This document shows, in pieces, positions 8,311 through 22,200 of a stretch of DNA of 29,245 nucleotides. A program made the translations under genes and the position numbers. Under the pieces are notes generated by a model. The model had not been told where the DNA came from and made no database searches. It saw nothing but the letters and a program-made list of their open reading frames with translations. Origin of the DNA: a bacterium (GTDB lineage: Bacteria > SAR324 > NAC60-12); the NCBI GenBank assembly GCA_965233585.1, contig CBDDTI010000230.1, forward strand, positions 1 through 29,245. The letters run 5' to 3'. The stretch's first letter is position 1. The number at the start of each line of letters is the position of its first letter.

Positions 8311-11300
8311 TTGACGTTTCGTGACTCCTCGCCGGCACCACCCTTGGCCTAAAGAGAGAAAGATAAAGAAGGCGAGAGAGAGAAAAGGGAGAGAGAAAGG
8401 AGAGAGAGAAAGGAGAGAGGAAAGAGAAGAGAGAGAGAAGATGTGAGTATGTGAAGATGTGAGTGCGAAAGAGAGAAAGAGAAGATGTGAGTATGTGAAG
8501 ATGTGAGTGTGAAGATGTGAGTGAAGATGTGAAGATGTAAGTGTGAGAGAGAGATAAAGAGAAGATGTAAAGATGTGTGTGTGTGAGTGTGAAGATGTGA
8601 GTATGTGAAGATGTACATAGGAAGATGTAATATGTGAAAATGTGAGTGTGAAGATGTGAAGATGTATGACAGACGCAGATGACAGACACAACTATTAGAA
8701 GAACCCTTCGTTTAGACGCTCTCGGGAACAAAAAATGTTCATGCCAACCTCAGCAACGAAATATGATGCTAAAGTGTTACCCACAAACTCCACAACCCCA
8801 AAATGAGTGAATCCCATTGTAAACTCATTAATCCATACATATTTCTTTGGGGGTAAAATTAAACATGCTTACTAAACATGCGAAGCAAACAAGTCAGGAT
8901 TTCTTAAAACTTACCGGCAAGACCTGAACATGACAGAGGTGACCGAATAACAAACATGCCAAAGAATCAATGGGGCAAGAAATCAAAAAATGTAAGCAAG
9001 GCCTGAACATGACAGGGGTGACCGGAAAATAAGCATGCCAAACAATGAACATGTCAAGCAAACATGCACACGAACGTGGCTGCGCGAAAGAAGATCTGGA
9101 AATGCTCGCGGTCATGTTTGCTCGGACAGTTCCAGTAGCAAACAAAAAACGTTCATGCCAAGCTCAGCAAGGAAATGTGATGCTAAAGTGTTACCCTAAA
9201 ATATTACCCACAACTCCACAATCCAGAAATCAATGAATCCCAATGTAACCTTATTAATCCATTTATATCTTTTTTAGGGTAAAATTAAGCATGCCTACTA
9301 AGCATGCCACGCAAACAAGTCAGGACTGCTCATAAACACCACAAGCCAAAAATCAGTGAAGCTCATTAATCCATTCATATATCTTTCGGGTAAAATTAAC
9401 CATCCCTACTCAGTTTTTGACCATCGACCATCATTTCATTGGAAAGGGTTGCTCCAGGACAAGTAAACTCGCAATTTTTCCTCAGTTTTTGACGATCGAC
9501 CCTCATTTCGTGCGAAAGGGTTGCTCCGGGACAAGTCCGGCACAAGTAAAATCGCAATTTTACCTCAATTTTTGCGCATCGACCCTCATTTCGTGCGAAA
9601 GGTTTGCTCCGGGACAAGTCCGGCACAAGTAAAATCGCAATTTGACCTCAGTTTTTGCGCATCGACCCTCATTTCGTGCGAAAGGGTTGACGTTTCGTGA
9701 CTCCTCGCCGGCACCACCCTTGGCCTAAAGAGAGAAAGATAAAGAAGGCGAGAGAGAGAAAAGGGAGAGAGAAAGGAGAGAGAGAAAGGAGAGAGGAAAG
9801 AGAAGAGAGAGAGAAGATGTGAGTATGTGAAGATGTGAGTGCGAAAGAGAGAAAGAGAAGATGTGAGTATGTGAAGATGTGAGTGTGAAGATGTGAGTGA
9901 AGATGTGAAGATGTAAGTGTGAGAGAGAGATAAAGAGAAGATGTAAAGATGTGTGTGTGTGAGTGTGAAGATGTGAGTATGTGAAGATGTACATAGGAAG
10001 ATGTAATATGTGAAAATGTGAGTGTGAAGATGTGAAGATGTATGACAGACGCAGATGACAGACACAACTATTAGAAGAACCCTTCGTTTAGACGCTCTCG
10101 GGAACAAAAAATGTTCATGCCAACCTCAGCAACGAAATATGATGCTAAAGTGTTACCCACAAACTCCACAACCCCAAAATGAGTGAATCCCATTGTAAAC
10201 TCATTAATCCATACATATTTCTTTGGGGGTAAAATTAAACATGCTTACTAAACATGCGAAGCAAACAAGTCAGGATTTCTTAAAACTTACCGGCAAGACC
10301 TGAACATGACAGAGGTGACCGAATAACAAACATGCCAAAGAATCAATGGGGCAAGAAATCAAAAAATGTAAGCAAGGCCTGAACATGACAGGGGTGACCG
10401 GAAAATAAGCATGCCAAACAATGAACATGTCAAGCAAACATGCACACGAACGTGGCTGCGCGAAAGAAGATCTGGAAATGCTCGCGGTCATGTTTGCTCG
10501 GACAGTTCCAGTAGCAAACAAAAAACGTTCATGCCAAGCTCAGCAAGGAAATGTGATGCTAAAGTGTTACCCTAAAATATTACCCACAAACTCCACAATC
10601 CAGAAATCAATGAATCCCAATGTAACCTTATTAATCCATTTATATCTTTTTTAGGGTAAAATTAAGCATGCCTACTAAGCATGCCACGCAAACAAGTCAG
10701 GACTGCTCATAAACACCACAAGCCAAAAATCAGTGAAGCTCATTAATCCATTCATATATCTTTCGGGTAAAATTAACCATCCCTACTCAGTTTTTGACCA
10801 TCGACCATCATTTCATTGGAAAGGGTTGCTCCAGGACAAGTAAACTCGCAATTTTTCCTCAGTTTTTGACGATCGACCCTCATTTCGTGCGAAAGGGTTG
10901 CTCCGGGACAAGTCCGGCACAAGTAAAATCGCAATTTTACCTCAATTTTTGCGCATCGACCCTCATTTCGTGCGAAAGGGTTGCTCCGGGACAAGTCCGG
11001 CACAAGTAAAATCGCAATTTGACCTCAGTTTTTGCGCATCGACCCTCATTTCGTGCGAAAGGGTTGACGTTTCGTGACTCCTCGCCGGCACCACCCTTGG
11101 CCTAAAGAGAGAAAGATAAAGAAGGCGAGAGAGAGAAAAGGGAGAGAGAAAGGAGAGAGGAAAGAGAAGAGAGAGAGAAGATGTGAGTATGTGAAGATGT
11201 GAGTGCGAAAGAGAGAAAGAGAAGATGTGAGTATGTGAAGATGTGAGTGTGAAGATGTGAGTGAAGATGTGAAGATGTAAGTGTGAGAGAGAGATAAAGA

Positions 11301-14300
11301 GAAGATGTAAAGATGTGTGTGTGTGAGTGTGAAGATGTGAGTATGTGAAGATGTACATAGGAAGATGTAATATGTGAAAATGTGAGTGTGAAGATGTGAA
11401 GATGTATGACAGACGCAGATGACAGACACAACTATTAGAAGAACCCTTCGTTTAGACGCTCTCGGGAACAAAAAATGTTCATGCCAACCTCAGCAACGAA
11501 ATATGATGCTAAAGTGTTACCCACAAACTCCACAACCCCAAAATAAGTGAATCCCATTGTAAACTCATTAATCCATACATATTTCTTTGGGGGTAAAATT
11601 AAACATGCTTACTAAACATGCGAAGCAAACAAGTCAGGATTTCTTAAAACTTACCGGCAAGACCTGAACATGACAGAGGTGACCGAATAACAAACATGCC
11701 AAAGAATCAATGGGGCAAGAAATCAAAAAATGTAAGCAAGGCCTGAACATGACAGGGGTGACCGGAAAATAAGCATGCCAAACAATGAACATGTCAAGCA
11801 AACATGCACACGAACGTGGCTGCGCGAAAGAAGATCTGGAAATGCTCGCGGTCATGTTTGCTCGGACAGTTCCAGTAGCAAACAAAAAACGTTCATGCCA
11901 AGCTCAGCAAGGAAATGTGATGCTAAAGTGTTACCCTAAAATATTACCCACAAACTCCACAATCCAGAAATCAATGAATCCCAATGTAACCTTATTAATC
12001 CATTTATATCTTTTTTAGGGTAAAATTAAGCATGCCTACTAAGCATGCCACGCAAACAAGTCAGGACTGCTCATAAACACCACAAGCCAAAAATCAGTGA
12101 AGCTCATTAATCCATTCATATATCTTTCGGGTAAAATTAACCATCCCTACTCAGTTTTTGACCATCGACCATCATTTCATTGGAAAGGGTTGCTCCAGGA
12201 CAAGTAAACTCGCAATTTTTCCTCAGTTTTTGACGATCGACCCTCATTTCGTGCGAAAGGGTTGCTCCGGGACAAGTCCGGCACAAGTAAAATCGCAATT
12301 TTACCTCAATTTTTGCGCATCGACCCTCATTTCGTGCGAAAGGGTTGCTCCGGGACAAGTCCGGCACAAGTAAAATCGCAATTTGACCTCAGTTTTTGCG
12401 CATCGACCCTCATTTCGTGCGAAAGGGTTGACGTTTCGTGACTCCTCGCCGGCACCACCCTTGGCCTAAAGAGAGAAAGATAAAGAAGGCGAGAGAGAGA
12501 AAAGGGAGAGAGAAAGGAGAGAGAGAAAGGAGAGAGGAAAGAGAAGAGAGAGAGAAGATGTGAGTATGTGAAGATGTGAGTGCGAAAGAGAGAAAGAGAA
12601 GATGTGAGTATGTGAAGATGTGAGTGTGAAGATGTGAGTGAAGATGTGAAGATGTAAGTGTGAGAGAGAGATAAAGAGAAGATGTAAAGATGTGTGTGTG
12701 TGAGTGTGAAGATGTGAGTATGTGAAGATGTACATAGGAAGATGTAATATGTGAAAATGTGAGTGTGAAGATATGAAGATGTATGACAGACGCAGATGAC
12801 AGACACAACTATTAGAAGAACCCTTCGTTTAGACGCTCTCGGGAACAAAAAATGTTCATGCCAACCTCAGCAACGAAATATGATGCTAAAGTGTTACCCA
12901 CAAACTCCACAACCCCAAAATGAGTGAATCCCATTGTAAACTCATTAATCCATACATATTTCTTTGGGGGTAAAATTAAACATGCTTACTAAACATGCGA
13001 AGTAAACAAGTCAGGATTTCTTAAAACTTACCGGCAAGACCTGAACATGACAGAGGTGACCGAATAACAAACATGCCAAAGAATCAATGGGGCAAGAAAT
13101 CAAAAAATGTAAGCAAGGCCTGAACATGACAGGGGTGACCGGAAAATAAGCATGCCAAACAATGAACATGTCAAGCAAACATGCACACGAACGTGGCTGC
13201 GCGAAAGAAGATCTGGAAATGCTCGCGGTCATGTTTGCTCGGACAGTTCCAGTAGCAAACAAAAAACGTTCATGCCAAGCTCAGCAAGGAAATGTGATGC
13301 TAAAGTGTTACCCTAAAATATTACCCACAAACTCCACAATCCAGAAATCAATGAATCCCAATGTAACCTTATTAATCCATTTATATCTTTTTTAGGGTAA
13401 AATTAAGCATGCCTACTAAGCATGCCACGCAAACAAGTCAGGACTGCTCATAAACACCACAAGCCAAAAATCAGTGAAGCTCATTAATCCATTCATATAT
13501 CTTTCGGGTAAAATTAACCATCCCTACTCAGTTTTTGACCATCGACCATCATTTCATTGGAAAGGGTTGCTCCAGGACAAGTAAACTCGCAATTTTTCCT
13601 CAGTTTTTGACGATCGACCCTCATTTCGTGCGAAAGGGTTGCTCCGGGACAAGTCCGGCACAAGTAAAATCGCACGCAATTTTACCTCAATTTTTGCGCA
13701 TCGACCCTCATTTCGTGCGAAAGGGTTGCTCCGGGACAAGTCCGGCACAAGTAAAATCGCAATTTGACCTCAGTTTTTGCGCATCGACCCTCATTTCGTG
13801 CGAAAGGGTTGACGTTTCGTGACTCCTCGCTGGCACCACCCTTGGCCTAAAGAGAGAAAGATAAAGAAGGCGAGAGAGAGAAAAGGGAGAGAGAAAGGAG
13901 AGAGAGAAAGGAGAGAGGAAAGAGAAGAGAAAGAGAAGATGTGAGTATGTGAAGATGTGAGTGCGAAAGAGAGAAAGAGAAGATGTGAGTATGTGAAGAT
14001 GTGAGTGTGAAGATGTGAGTGAAGATGTGAAGATGTAAGTGTGAGAGAGAGATAAAGAGAAGATGTAAAGATGTGTGTGTGTGTGAGTGTGAAGATGTGA
14101 GTATGTGAAGATGTACATAGGAAGATGTAATATGTGAAAATGTGAGTGTGAAGATGTGAAGATGTATGACAGACGCAGATGACAGACACAACTATTAGAA
14201 GAACCCTTCGTTTAGACGCTCTCGGGAACAAAAAATGTTCATGCCAACCTCAGCAACGAAATATGATGCTAAAGTGTTACCCACAAACTCCACAACCCCA

Positions 14301-17300
14301 AAATGAGTGAATCCCATTGTAAACTCATTAATCCATACATATTTCTTTGGGGGTAAAATTAAACATGCTTACTAAACATGCGAAGCAAACAAGTCAGGAT
14401 TTCTTAAAACTTACCGGCAAGACCTGAACATGACAGAGGTGACCGAATAACAAACATGCCAAAGAATCAATGGGGCAAGAAATCAAAAAATGTAAGCAAG
14501 GCCTGAACATGACAGGGGTGACCGGAAAATAAGCATGCCAAACAATGAACATGTCAAGCAAACATGCACACGAACGTGGCTGCGCGAAAGAAGATCTGGA
14601 AATGCTCGCGGTCATGTTTGCTCGGACAGTTCCAGTAGCAAACAAAAAACGTTCATGCCAGGCTCAGCAAGGAAATGTGATGCTAAAGTGTTACCCTAAA
14701 ATATTACCCACAAACTCCACAATCCAGAAATCAATGAATCCCAATGTAACCTTATTAATCCATTTATATCTTTTTTAGGGTAAAATTAAGCATGCCTACT
14801 AAGCATGCCACGCAAACAAGTCAGGACTGCTCATAAACACCACAAGCCAAAAATCAGTGAAGCTCATTAATCCATTCATATATCTTTCGGGTAAAATTAA
14901 CCATCCCTACTCAGTTTTTGACCATCGACCATCATTTCATTGGAAAGGGTTGCTCCAGGACAAGTAAACTCGCAATTTTTCCTCAGTTTTTGACGATCGA
15001 CCCTCATTTCGTGCGAAAGGGTTGCTCCGGGACAAGTCCGGCACAAGTAAAATCGCACGCAATTTTACCTCAATTTTTGCGCATCGACCCTCATTTCGTG
15101 CGAAAGGGTTGCTCCGGGACAAGTCCGGCACAAGTAAAATCGCAATTTGACCTCAGTTTTTGCGCATCGACCCTCATTTCGTGCGAAAGGGTTGACGTTT
15201 CGTGACTCCTCGCCGGCACCACCCTTGGCCTAAAGAGAGAAAGATAAAGAAGGCGAGAGAGAGAAAAGGAAGAGAGAAAGGAGAGAGGAAAGAGAAGAGA
15301 GAGAGAAGATGTGAGTATGTGAAGATGTGAGTGCGAAAGAGAGAAAGAGAAGATGTGAGTATGTGAAGATGTAAGTGTGAAGATGTGAAGATGTAAGTGT
15401 GAGAGAGAGATAAAGAGAAGATGTAAAGATGTGTGTGTGTGAGTGTGAAGATGTGAGTATGTGAAGATGTACATAGGAAAATGTAATATGTGAAAATGTG
15501 AGTGTGAAGATGTGAAGATGTATGACAGACGCAGATGATAGACACAACTATTAGAAGAACCCTTCGTTTAGACGCTCTCGGGAACAAAAAATGTTCATGC
15601 CAACCTCAGCAACGAAATATGATGCTAAAGTGTTACCCACAGACTCCACAACCCCAAAATGAGTGAATCCCATTGTAAACTCATTAATCCATACATATTT
15701 CTTTGGGGGTAAAATTAAACATGCTTACTAAACATGCGAAGCAAACAAGTCAGGATTTCGTAAAACTTACCGGCAAGACCTGAACATGACAGAGGTGACC
15801 GAATAACAAACATGCCAAAGAATCAATGGGGCAAGAAATCAAAAAATGTAAGCAAGGCCTGAACATGACAGGGGTGACCGGAAAATAAGCATGCCAAACA
15901 ATGAACATGTCAAGCAAACATGCACACGAACGTGGCTGCGCGAAAGAAGATCTGGAAATGCTCGCGGTCATGTTTGCTCGGACAGTTCCAGTAGCAAACA
16001 AAAAACGTTCATGCCAAGCTCAGCAAGGAAATGTGATGCTAAAGTGTTACCCTAAAATATTACCCACAAACTCCACAATCCAGAAATCAATGAATCCCAA
16101 TGTAACCTTATTAATCCATTTATATCTTTTTTAGGGTAAAATTAAGCATGCCTACTAAGCATGCCACGCAAACAAGTCAGGACTGCTCATAAACACCACA
16201 AGCCAAAAATCAGTGAAGCTCATTAATCCATTCATATATCTTTCGGGTAAAATTAACCATCCCTACTCAGTTTTTGACCATCGACCATCATTTCATTGGA
16301 AAGGGTTGTTCCAGGACAAGTAAACTCGCAATTTTTCCTCAGTTTTTGACGATCGACCCTCATTTCGTGCGAAAGGGTTGCTCCGGGACAAGTCCGGCAC
16401 AAGTAAAATCGCACGCAATTTTACCTCAATTTTTGCGCATCGACCCTCATTTCGTGCGAAAGGGCTGCTCCGGGACAAGTCCGGCACAAGTCAAATCGCA
16501 ATTTGACCTCAGTTTTTGCGCATCGACCCTCATTTCGTGCGAAAGGGTTGACGTTTCGTGACTCCTCGCCGGCACCACCCTTGGCCTAAAGAGAGAAAGA
16601 TAAAGAAGGCGAGAGAGAGAAAAGGGAGAGAGAAAGGAGAGAGGAAAGAGAAGAGAGAGAGAAGATGTGAGTATGTGAAGATGTGAGTGCGAAAGAGAGA
16701 AAGAGAAGATGTGAGTATGTGAAGATGTGAGTGTGAAGATGTGAAGATGTAAGTGTGAGAGAGAGATAAAGAGAAGATGTAAAGATGTGTGTGTGTGAGT
16801 GTGAAGATGTGAGTATGTGAAGATGTACATAGGAAAATGTAATATGTGAAAATGTGAGTGTGAAGATGTGAAGATGTATGACAGACGCAGATGATAGACA
16901 CAACTATTAGAAGAACCCTTCGTTTAGACGCTCTCGGGAACAAAAAATGTTCATGCCAACCTCAGCAACGAAATATGATGCTAAAGTGTTACCCACAGAC
17001 TCCACAACCCCAAAATGAGTGAATCCCATTGTAAACTCATTAATCCATACATATTTCTTTGGGGGTAAAATTAAACATGCTTACTAAACATGCGAAGCAA
17101 ACAAGTCAGGATTTCGTAAAACTTACCGGCAAGACCTGAACATGACAGAGGTGACCGAATAACAAACATGCCAAAGAATCAATGGGGCAAGAAATCAAAA
17201 AATGTAAGCAAGGCCTGAACATGACAGGGGTGACCGGAAAATAAGCATGCCAAACAATGAACATGTCAAGCAAACATGCACACGAACGTGGCTGCGCGAA

Positions 17301-19286
17301 AGAAGATCTGGAAATGCTCGCGGTCATGTTTGCTCGGACAGTTCCAGTAGCAAACAAAAAACGTTCATGCCAAGCTCAGCAAGGAAATGTGATGCTAAAG
17401 TGTTACCCTAAAATATTACCCACAAACTCCACAATCCAGAAATCAATGAATCCCAATGTAACCTTATTAATCCATTTATATCTTTTTTAGGGTAAAATTA
17501 AGCATGCCTACTAAGCATGCCACGCAAACAAGTCAGGACTGCTCATAAACACCACAAGCCAAAAATCAGTGAAGCTCATTAATCCATTCATATATCTTTC
17601 GGGTAAAATTAACCATCCCTACTCAGTTTTTGACCATCGACCATCATTTCATTGGAAAGGGTTGCTCCAGGACAAGTAAACTCGCAATTTTTCCTCAGTT
17701 TTTGACGATCGACCCTCATTTCGTGCGAAAGGGTTGCTCCGGGACAAGTCCGGCACAAGTAAAATCGCACGCAATTTTACCTCAATTTTTGCGCATCGAC
17801 CCTCATTTCGTGCGAAAGGGCTGCTCCGGGACAAGTCCGGCACAAGTCAAATCGCAATTTGACCTCAGTTTTTGCGCATCGACCCTCATTTCGTGCGAAA
17901 GGGTTGACGTTTCGTGACTCCTCGCCGGCACCACCCTTGGCCTAAAGAGAGAAAGATAAAGAAGGCGAGAGAGAGAAAAGGGAGAGAGAAAGGAGAGAGA
18001 GAAAGGAGAGAGGAAAGAGAAGAGAGAGAGAAGATGTGAGTATGTGAAGATGTGAGTGCGAAAGAGAGAAAGAGAAGATGTGAGTATGTGAAGATGTGAG
18101 TGTGAAGATGTGAGTGAAGATGTGAAGATGTAAGTGTGAGAGAGAGATAAAGAAAAGATGTAAAGATGTGTGTGTGTGTGAGTGTGAAGATGTGAGTATG
18201 TGAAGATGTACATAGGAAGATGTAATATGTGAAAATGTGAGTGTGAAGATGTGAAGATGTATGACAGACGCAGATGACAGACACAACTATTAGAAGAACC
18301 CTTCGTTTAGACGCTCTCGGGAACAAAAAATGTTCCTGCTAACCTCAGCAACGAAATATGATACTAAAGTGTTACCCACAAACTCCAAAACCCCAAAATG
18401 AGTGAATCCCATTGTAAACTCATTAATCCATACATATTTCTTTGGGGGTAAAATTAAACATGCTTACTAAACATGCGAAGCAAACAAGTCAGGATTTCTT
18501 AAAACTTACCGGCAAGACCTGAACATGACAGAGGTGACCGAATAACAAACATGCCAAAGAATCAATGGGGCAAGAAATCCAAAAATGTAAGCAAGGCCTG
18601 AACATGACAGGGGTGACCGGAAAATAAGCATGCCAAACAATGAACATGTCAAGCAAACATGCACACGAACGTGGCTGCGCGAAAGAAGATCTGGAAATGC
18701 TCGCGGTCATGTTTGCTCGGACAGTTCCAGTAGCAAACAAAAAACGTTCATGCCAAGCTCAGCAAGGAAATGTGATGCTAAAGTGTTACCCTAAAATATT
18801 ACCCACAAACTCCACAATCCAGAAATCAATGAATCCCAATGTAACCTTATTAATCCATTTATATCTTTTTTAGGGTAAAATTAAGCATGCCTACTAAGCA
18901 TGCCACGCAAACAAGTCAGGACTGCTCATAAACACCACAAGCCAAAAATCAGTGAAGCTCATTAATCCATTCATATATCTTTCGGGTAAAATTAACCATC
19001 CCTACTCAGTTTTTGACCATCGACCATCATTTCATTGGAAAGGGTTGCTCCAGGACAAGTAAACTCGCAATTTTTCCTCAGTTTTTGACGATCGACCCTC
19101 ATTTCGTGCGAAAGGGTTGCTCCGGGACAAGTCCGGCACAAGTAAAATCGCACGCAATTTTACCTCAATTTTTGCGCATCGACCCTCATTTCGTGCGAAA
19201 GGGCTGCTCCGGGACAAGTCCGGCACAAGTAAAATCGCAATTTGACCTCAGTTTTTGCGCATCGACCCTCATTTCGTGCGAAAGGG
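8311..19286. repeat. Array subfamily II (units 7-14)
   Basis: Shared alleles: cccttggc, cgtttagacg, gcagatgac, accgaataa, ttccagtag, ttcattggaaag, gcggtcatg, ccctaaaata. Confidence 0.85.
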
Positions 19287-22200
19287 TTGACGTTTCGTGA
19301 CTCCTCGCCGGTACCACCCTTGGCCTAAAGAGAGAAAGATAAAGAAGGCGAGAGAGAGAAAAGGGAGAGAGAAAGGAGAGAGAGAAAGGAGAGAGGAAAG
19401 AGAAGAGAGAGAGAAGATGTGAGTATGTGAAGATGTGAGTGCGAAAGAGAGAAAGAGAAGATGTGAGTATGTGAAGATGTGAGTGTGAAGATGTGAGTGA
19501 AGATGTGAAGATGTAAGTGTGAGAGAGAGATAAAGAAAAGATGTAAAGATGTGTGTGTGTGAGTGTGAAGATGTGAGTATGTGAAGATGTACATAGGAAG
19601 ATGTAATATGTGAAAATGTGAGTGTGAAGATGTGAAGATGTATGACAGACGCAGATGACAGACACAACTATTAGAAGAACCCTTCGTTTAGACGCTCTCG
19701 GGAACAAAAAATGTTCGTGCCAACCTCAGCAACGAAATATGATGCTAAAGTGTTACCCACAAACTCCAAAACCCCAAAATGAGTGAATCCCATTGTAAAC
19801 TCATTAATCCATACATATTTCTTTGGGGGTAAAATTAAACATGCTTACTAAACATGCGAAGCAAACAAGTCAGGATTTCTTAAAACTTACCGGCAAGACC
19901 TGAACATGACAGAGGTGACCGAATAACAAACATGCCAAAGAATCAATGGGGCAAGAAATCAAAAAATGTAAGCAAGGCCTGAACATGACAGGGGTGACCG
20001 GAAAATAAGCATGCCAAACAATGAACATGTCAAGCAAACATGCACACGAACGTGGCTGCGCGAAAGAAGATCTGGAAATGCTCGCGGTTATGTTTGCTCG
20101 GACAGTTCCAGTAGCAAACAAAAAACGTTCATGCCAAGCTCAGCAAGGAAATGTGATGCTAAAGTGTTACCCTTAAATATTACCCACAAACTCCACAATC
20201 CAGAAATCAATGAACCCCAATGTAACCTTATTAATCCATTTATATCTTTTTTAGGGTAAAATTAAGCATGCCTACTCAGCATGCCACGCAAACAAGTCAG
20301 GACTGCTCATAAACACCACAAGCCAAAAATCAGTGAAGCTCATTAATCCATTCATATATCTTTCGGGTAAAATTAACCATCCCTACTCAGTTTTTGACCA
20401 TCGACCATCATTCCATTGGAAAGGGTTGCTCCAGGAGAAGTAAACTCGCAATTTTTCCTCAGTTTTTGACGATCGACCCTCATTTCGTGCGAAAGGGTTG
20501 CTCCGGGACAAGTCCGGCACAAGTAAAATCGCACGCAATTTTACCTCAATTTTTGCGCATCGACCCTCATTTCGTGCGAAAGGGTTGCTGCGGGACAAGT
20601 CCGGCACAAGTAAAATCGCAATTTGACCTCATTTTTTGCGCATCGACCCTCATTTCGTGCGAAAGGGTTGACGTTTCGTGACTCCTCGCCGGCACCACCC
20701 TTGGCCTAAAGAGAGAAAGATAAAGAAGGCGAGAGAGAGAAAAGGGAGAGAGAGAGAAGGAAAGAAAAGAGAGAGAGAAGATGTGAGTATGTGAAGATGT
20801 GAGTGCGAAAGAGAGAAAGAGAAGATGTGAGTATGTGAAGATGTGAGTGTGAAGATGTGAGTGAAGATGTGAAGATGTAAGTGTGAGAAAGAGAGAAAGA
20901 GAAGATGTAAAGATGTGTGTGTGTGAGTGTGAAGATGTGAGTATGTGAAGATGTACATAGGAAGATGTAATATGTGAAAATGTGAGTGTGAAGATGTGAA
21001 GATGTATGACAGACGCAGATGACAGACACAACTATTAGAAGAACCCTTCGTTTAGACGCTCTCGGGAACAAAAAATGTTCATGCCAACCTCAGCAACGAA
21101 ATATGATGCTAAAGTGTTACCCACAAACTCCACAACCCCAAAATAAGTGAATCCCATTGTAAACTCATTAATCCATACATATTTCTTTGGGGGTAAAATT
21201 AAACATGCTTACTAAACATGCGAAGCAAACAAGTCAGGATTTCTTAAAACTTACCGGCAAGACCTGAACATGACAGAGGTGACCGAATAACAAACATGCC
21301 AAAGAATCAATGGGGCAAGAAATCAAAAAATGTAAGCAAGGCCTGAACATGACAGGGGTGACCGGAAAATAAGCATGCCAAACAATGAACATGTCAAGCA
21401 AACATGCACACGAACGTGGCTGCGCGAAAGAAGATCTGGAAATGCTCGCGGTTATGTTTGCTCGGACAGTTCCAGTAGCAAACAAAAAACGTTCATGCCA
21501 AGCTCAGCAAGGAAATGTGATGCTAAAGTGTTACCCTTAAATATTACCCACAAACTCCACAATCCAGAAATCAATGAACCCCAATGTAACCTTATTAATC
21601 CATTTATATCTTTTTTAGGGTAAAATTAAGCATGCCTACTCAGCATGCCACGCAAACAAGTCAGGACTGCTCATAAACACCACAAGCCAAAAATCAGTGA
21701 AGCTCATTAATCCATTCATATATCTTTCGGGTAAAATTAACCATCCCTACTCAGTTTTTGACCATCGACCATCATTCCATTGGAAAGGGTTGCTCCAGGA
21801 GAAGTAAACTCGCAATTTTTCCTCAGTTTTTGACGATCGACCCTCATTTCGTGCGAAAGGGTTGCTCCGGGACAAGTCCGGCACAAGTAAAATCGCACGC
21901 AATTTTACCTCAATTTTTGCGCATCGACCCTCATTTCGTGCGAAAGGGTTGCTGCGGGACAAGTCCGGCACAAGTGAAATCGCAATTTGACCTCAGTTTT
22001 TGCGCATCGACCCTCATTTCGTGCGAAAGGGTTGACGTTTCGTGACTCCTCGCCGGCACCACCCTTGGCCTAAAGAGAGAAAGATAAAGAAGGCGAGAGA
22101 GAGAAAAGGAGAGAGAAAGAAAAGAGAGAGAGAAGATGTGAGTATGTGAAGATGTGAGTGCGAAAGAGAGAAAGAGAAGATGTGAGTATGTGAAGATGTG

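Noticed and set aside
8311..13840. Directional CpG-deamination signature (ctcgg>cttgg 8345, ccggt>ccagt 9134, gccgg>gctgg 13831)
   Set aside because: Comparable numbers of CpG gains occur in the same direction (caacgaa, atgcgaa, ccacgc, ttcgtg) and polarity is unknown without an outgroup.
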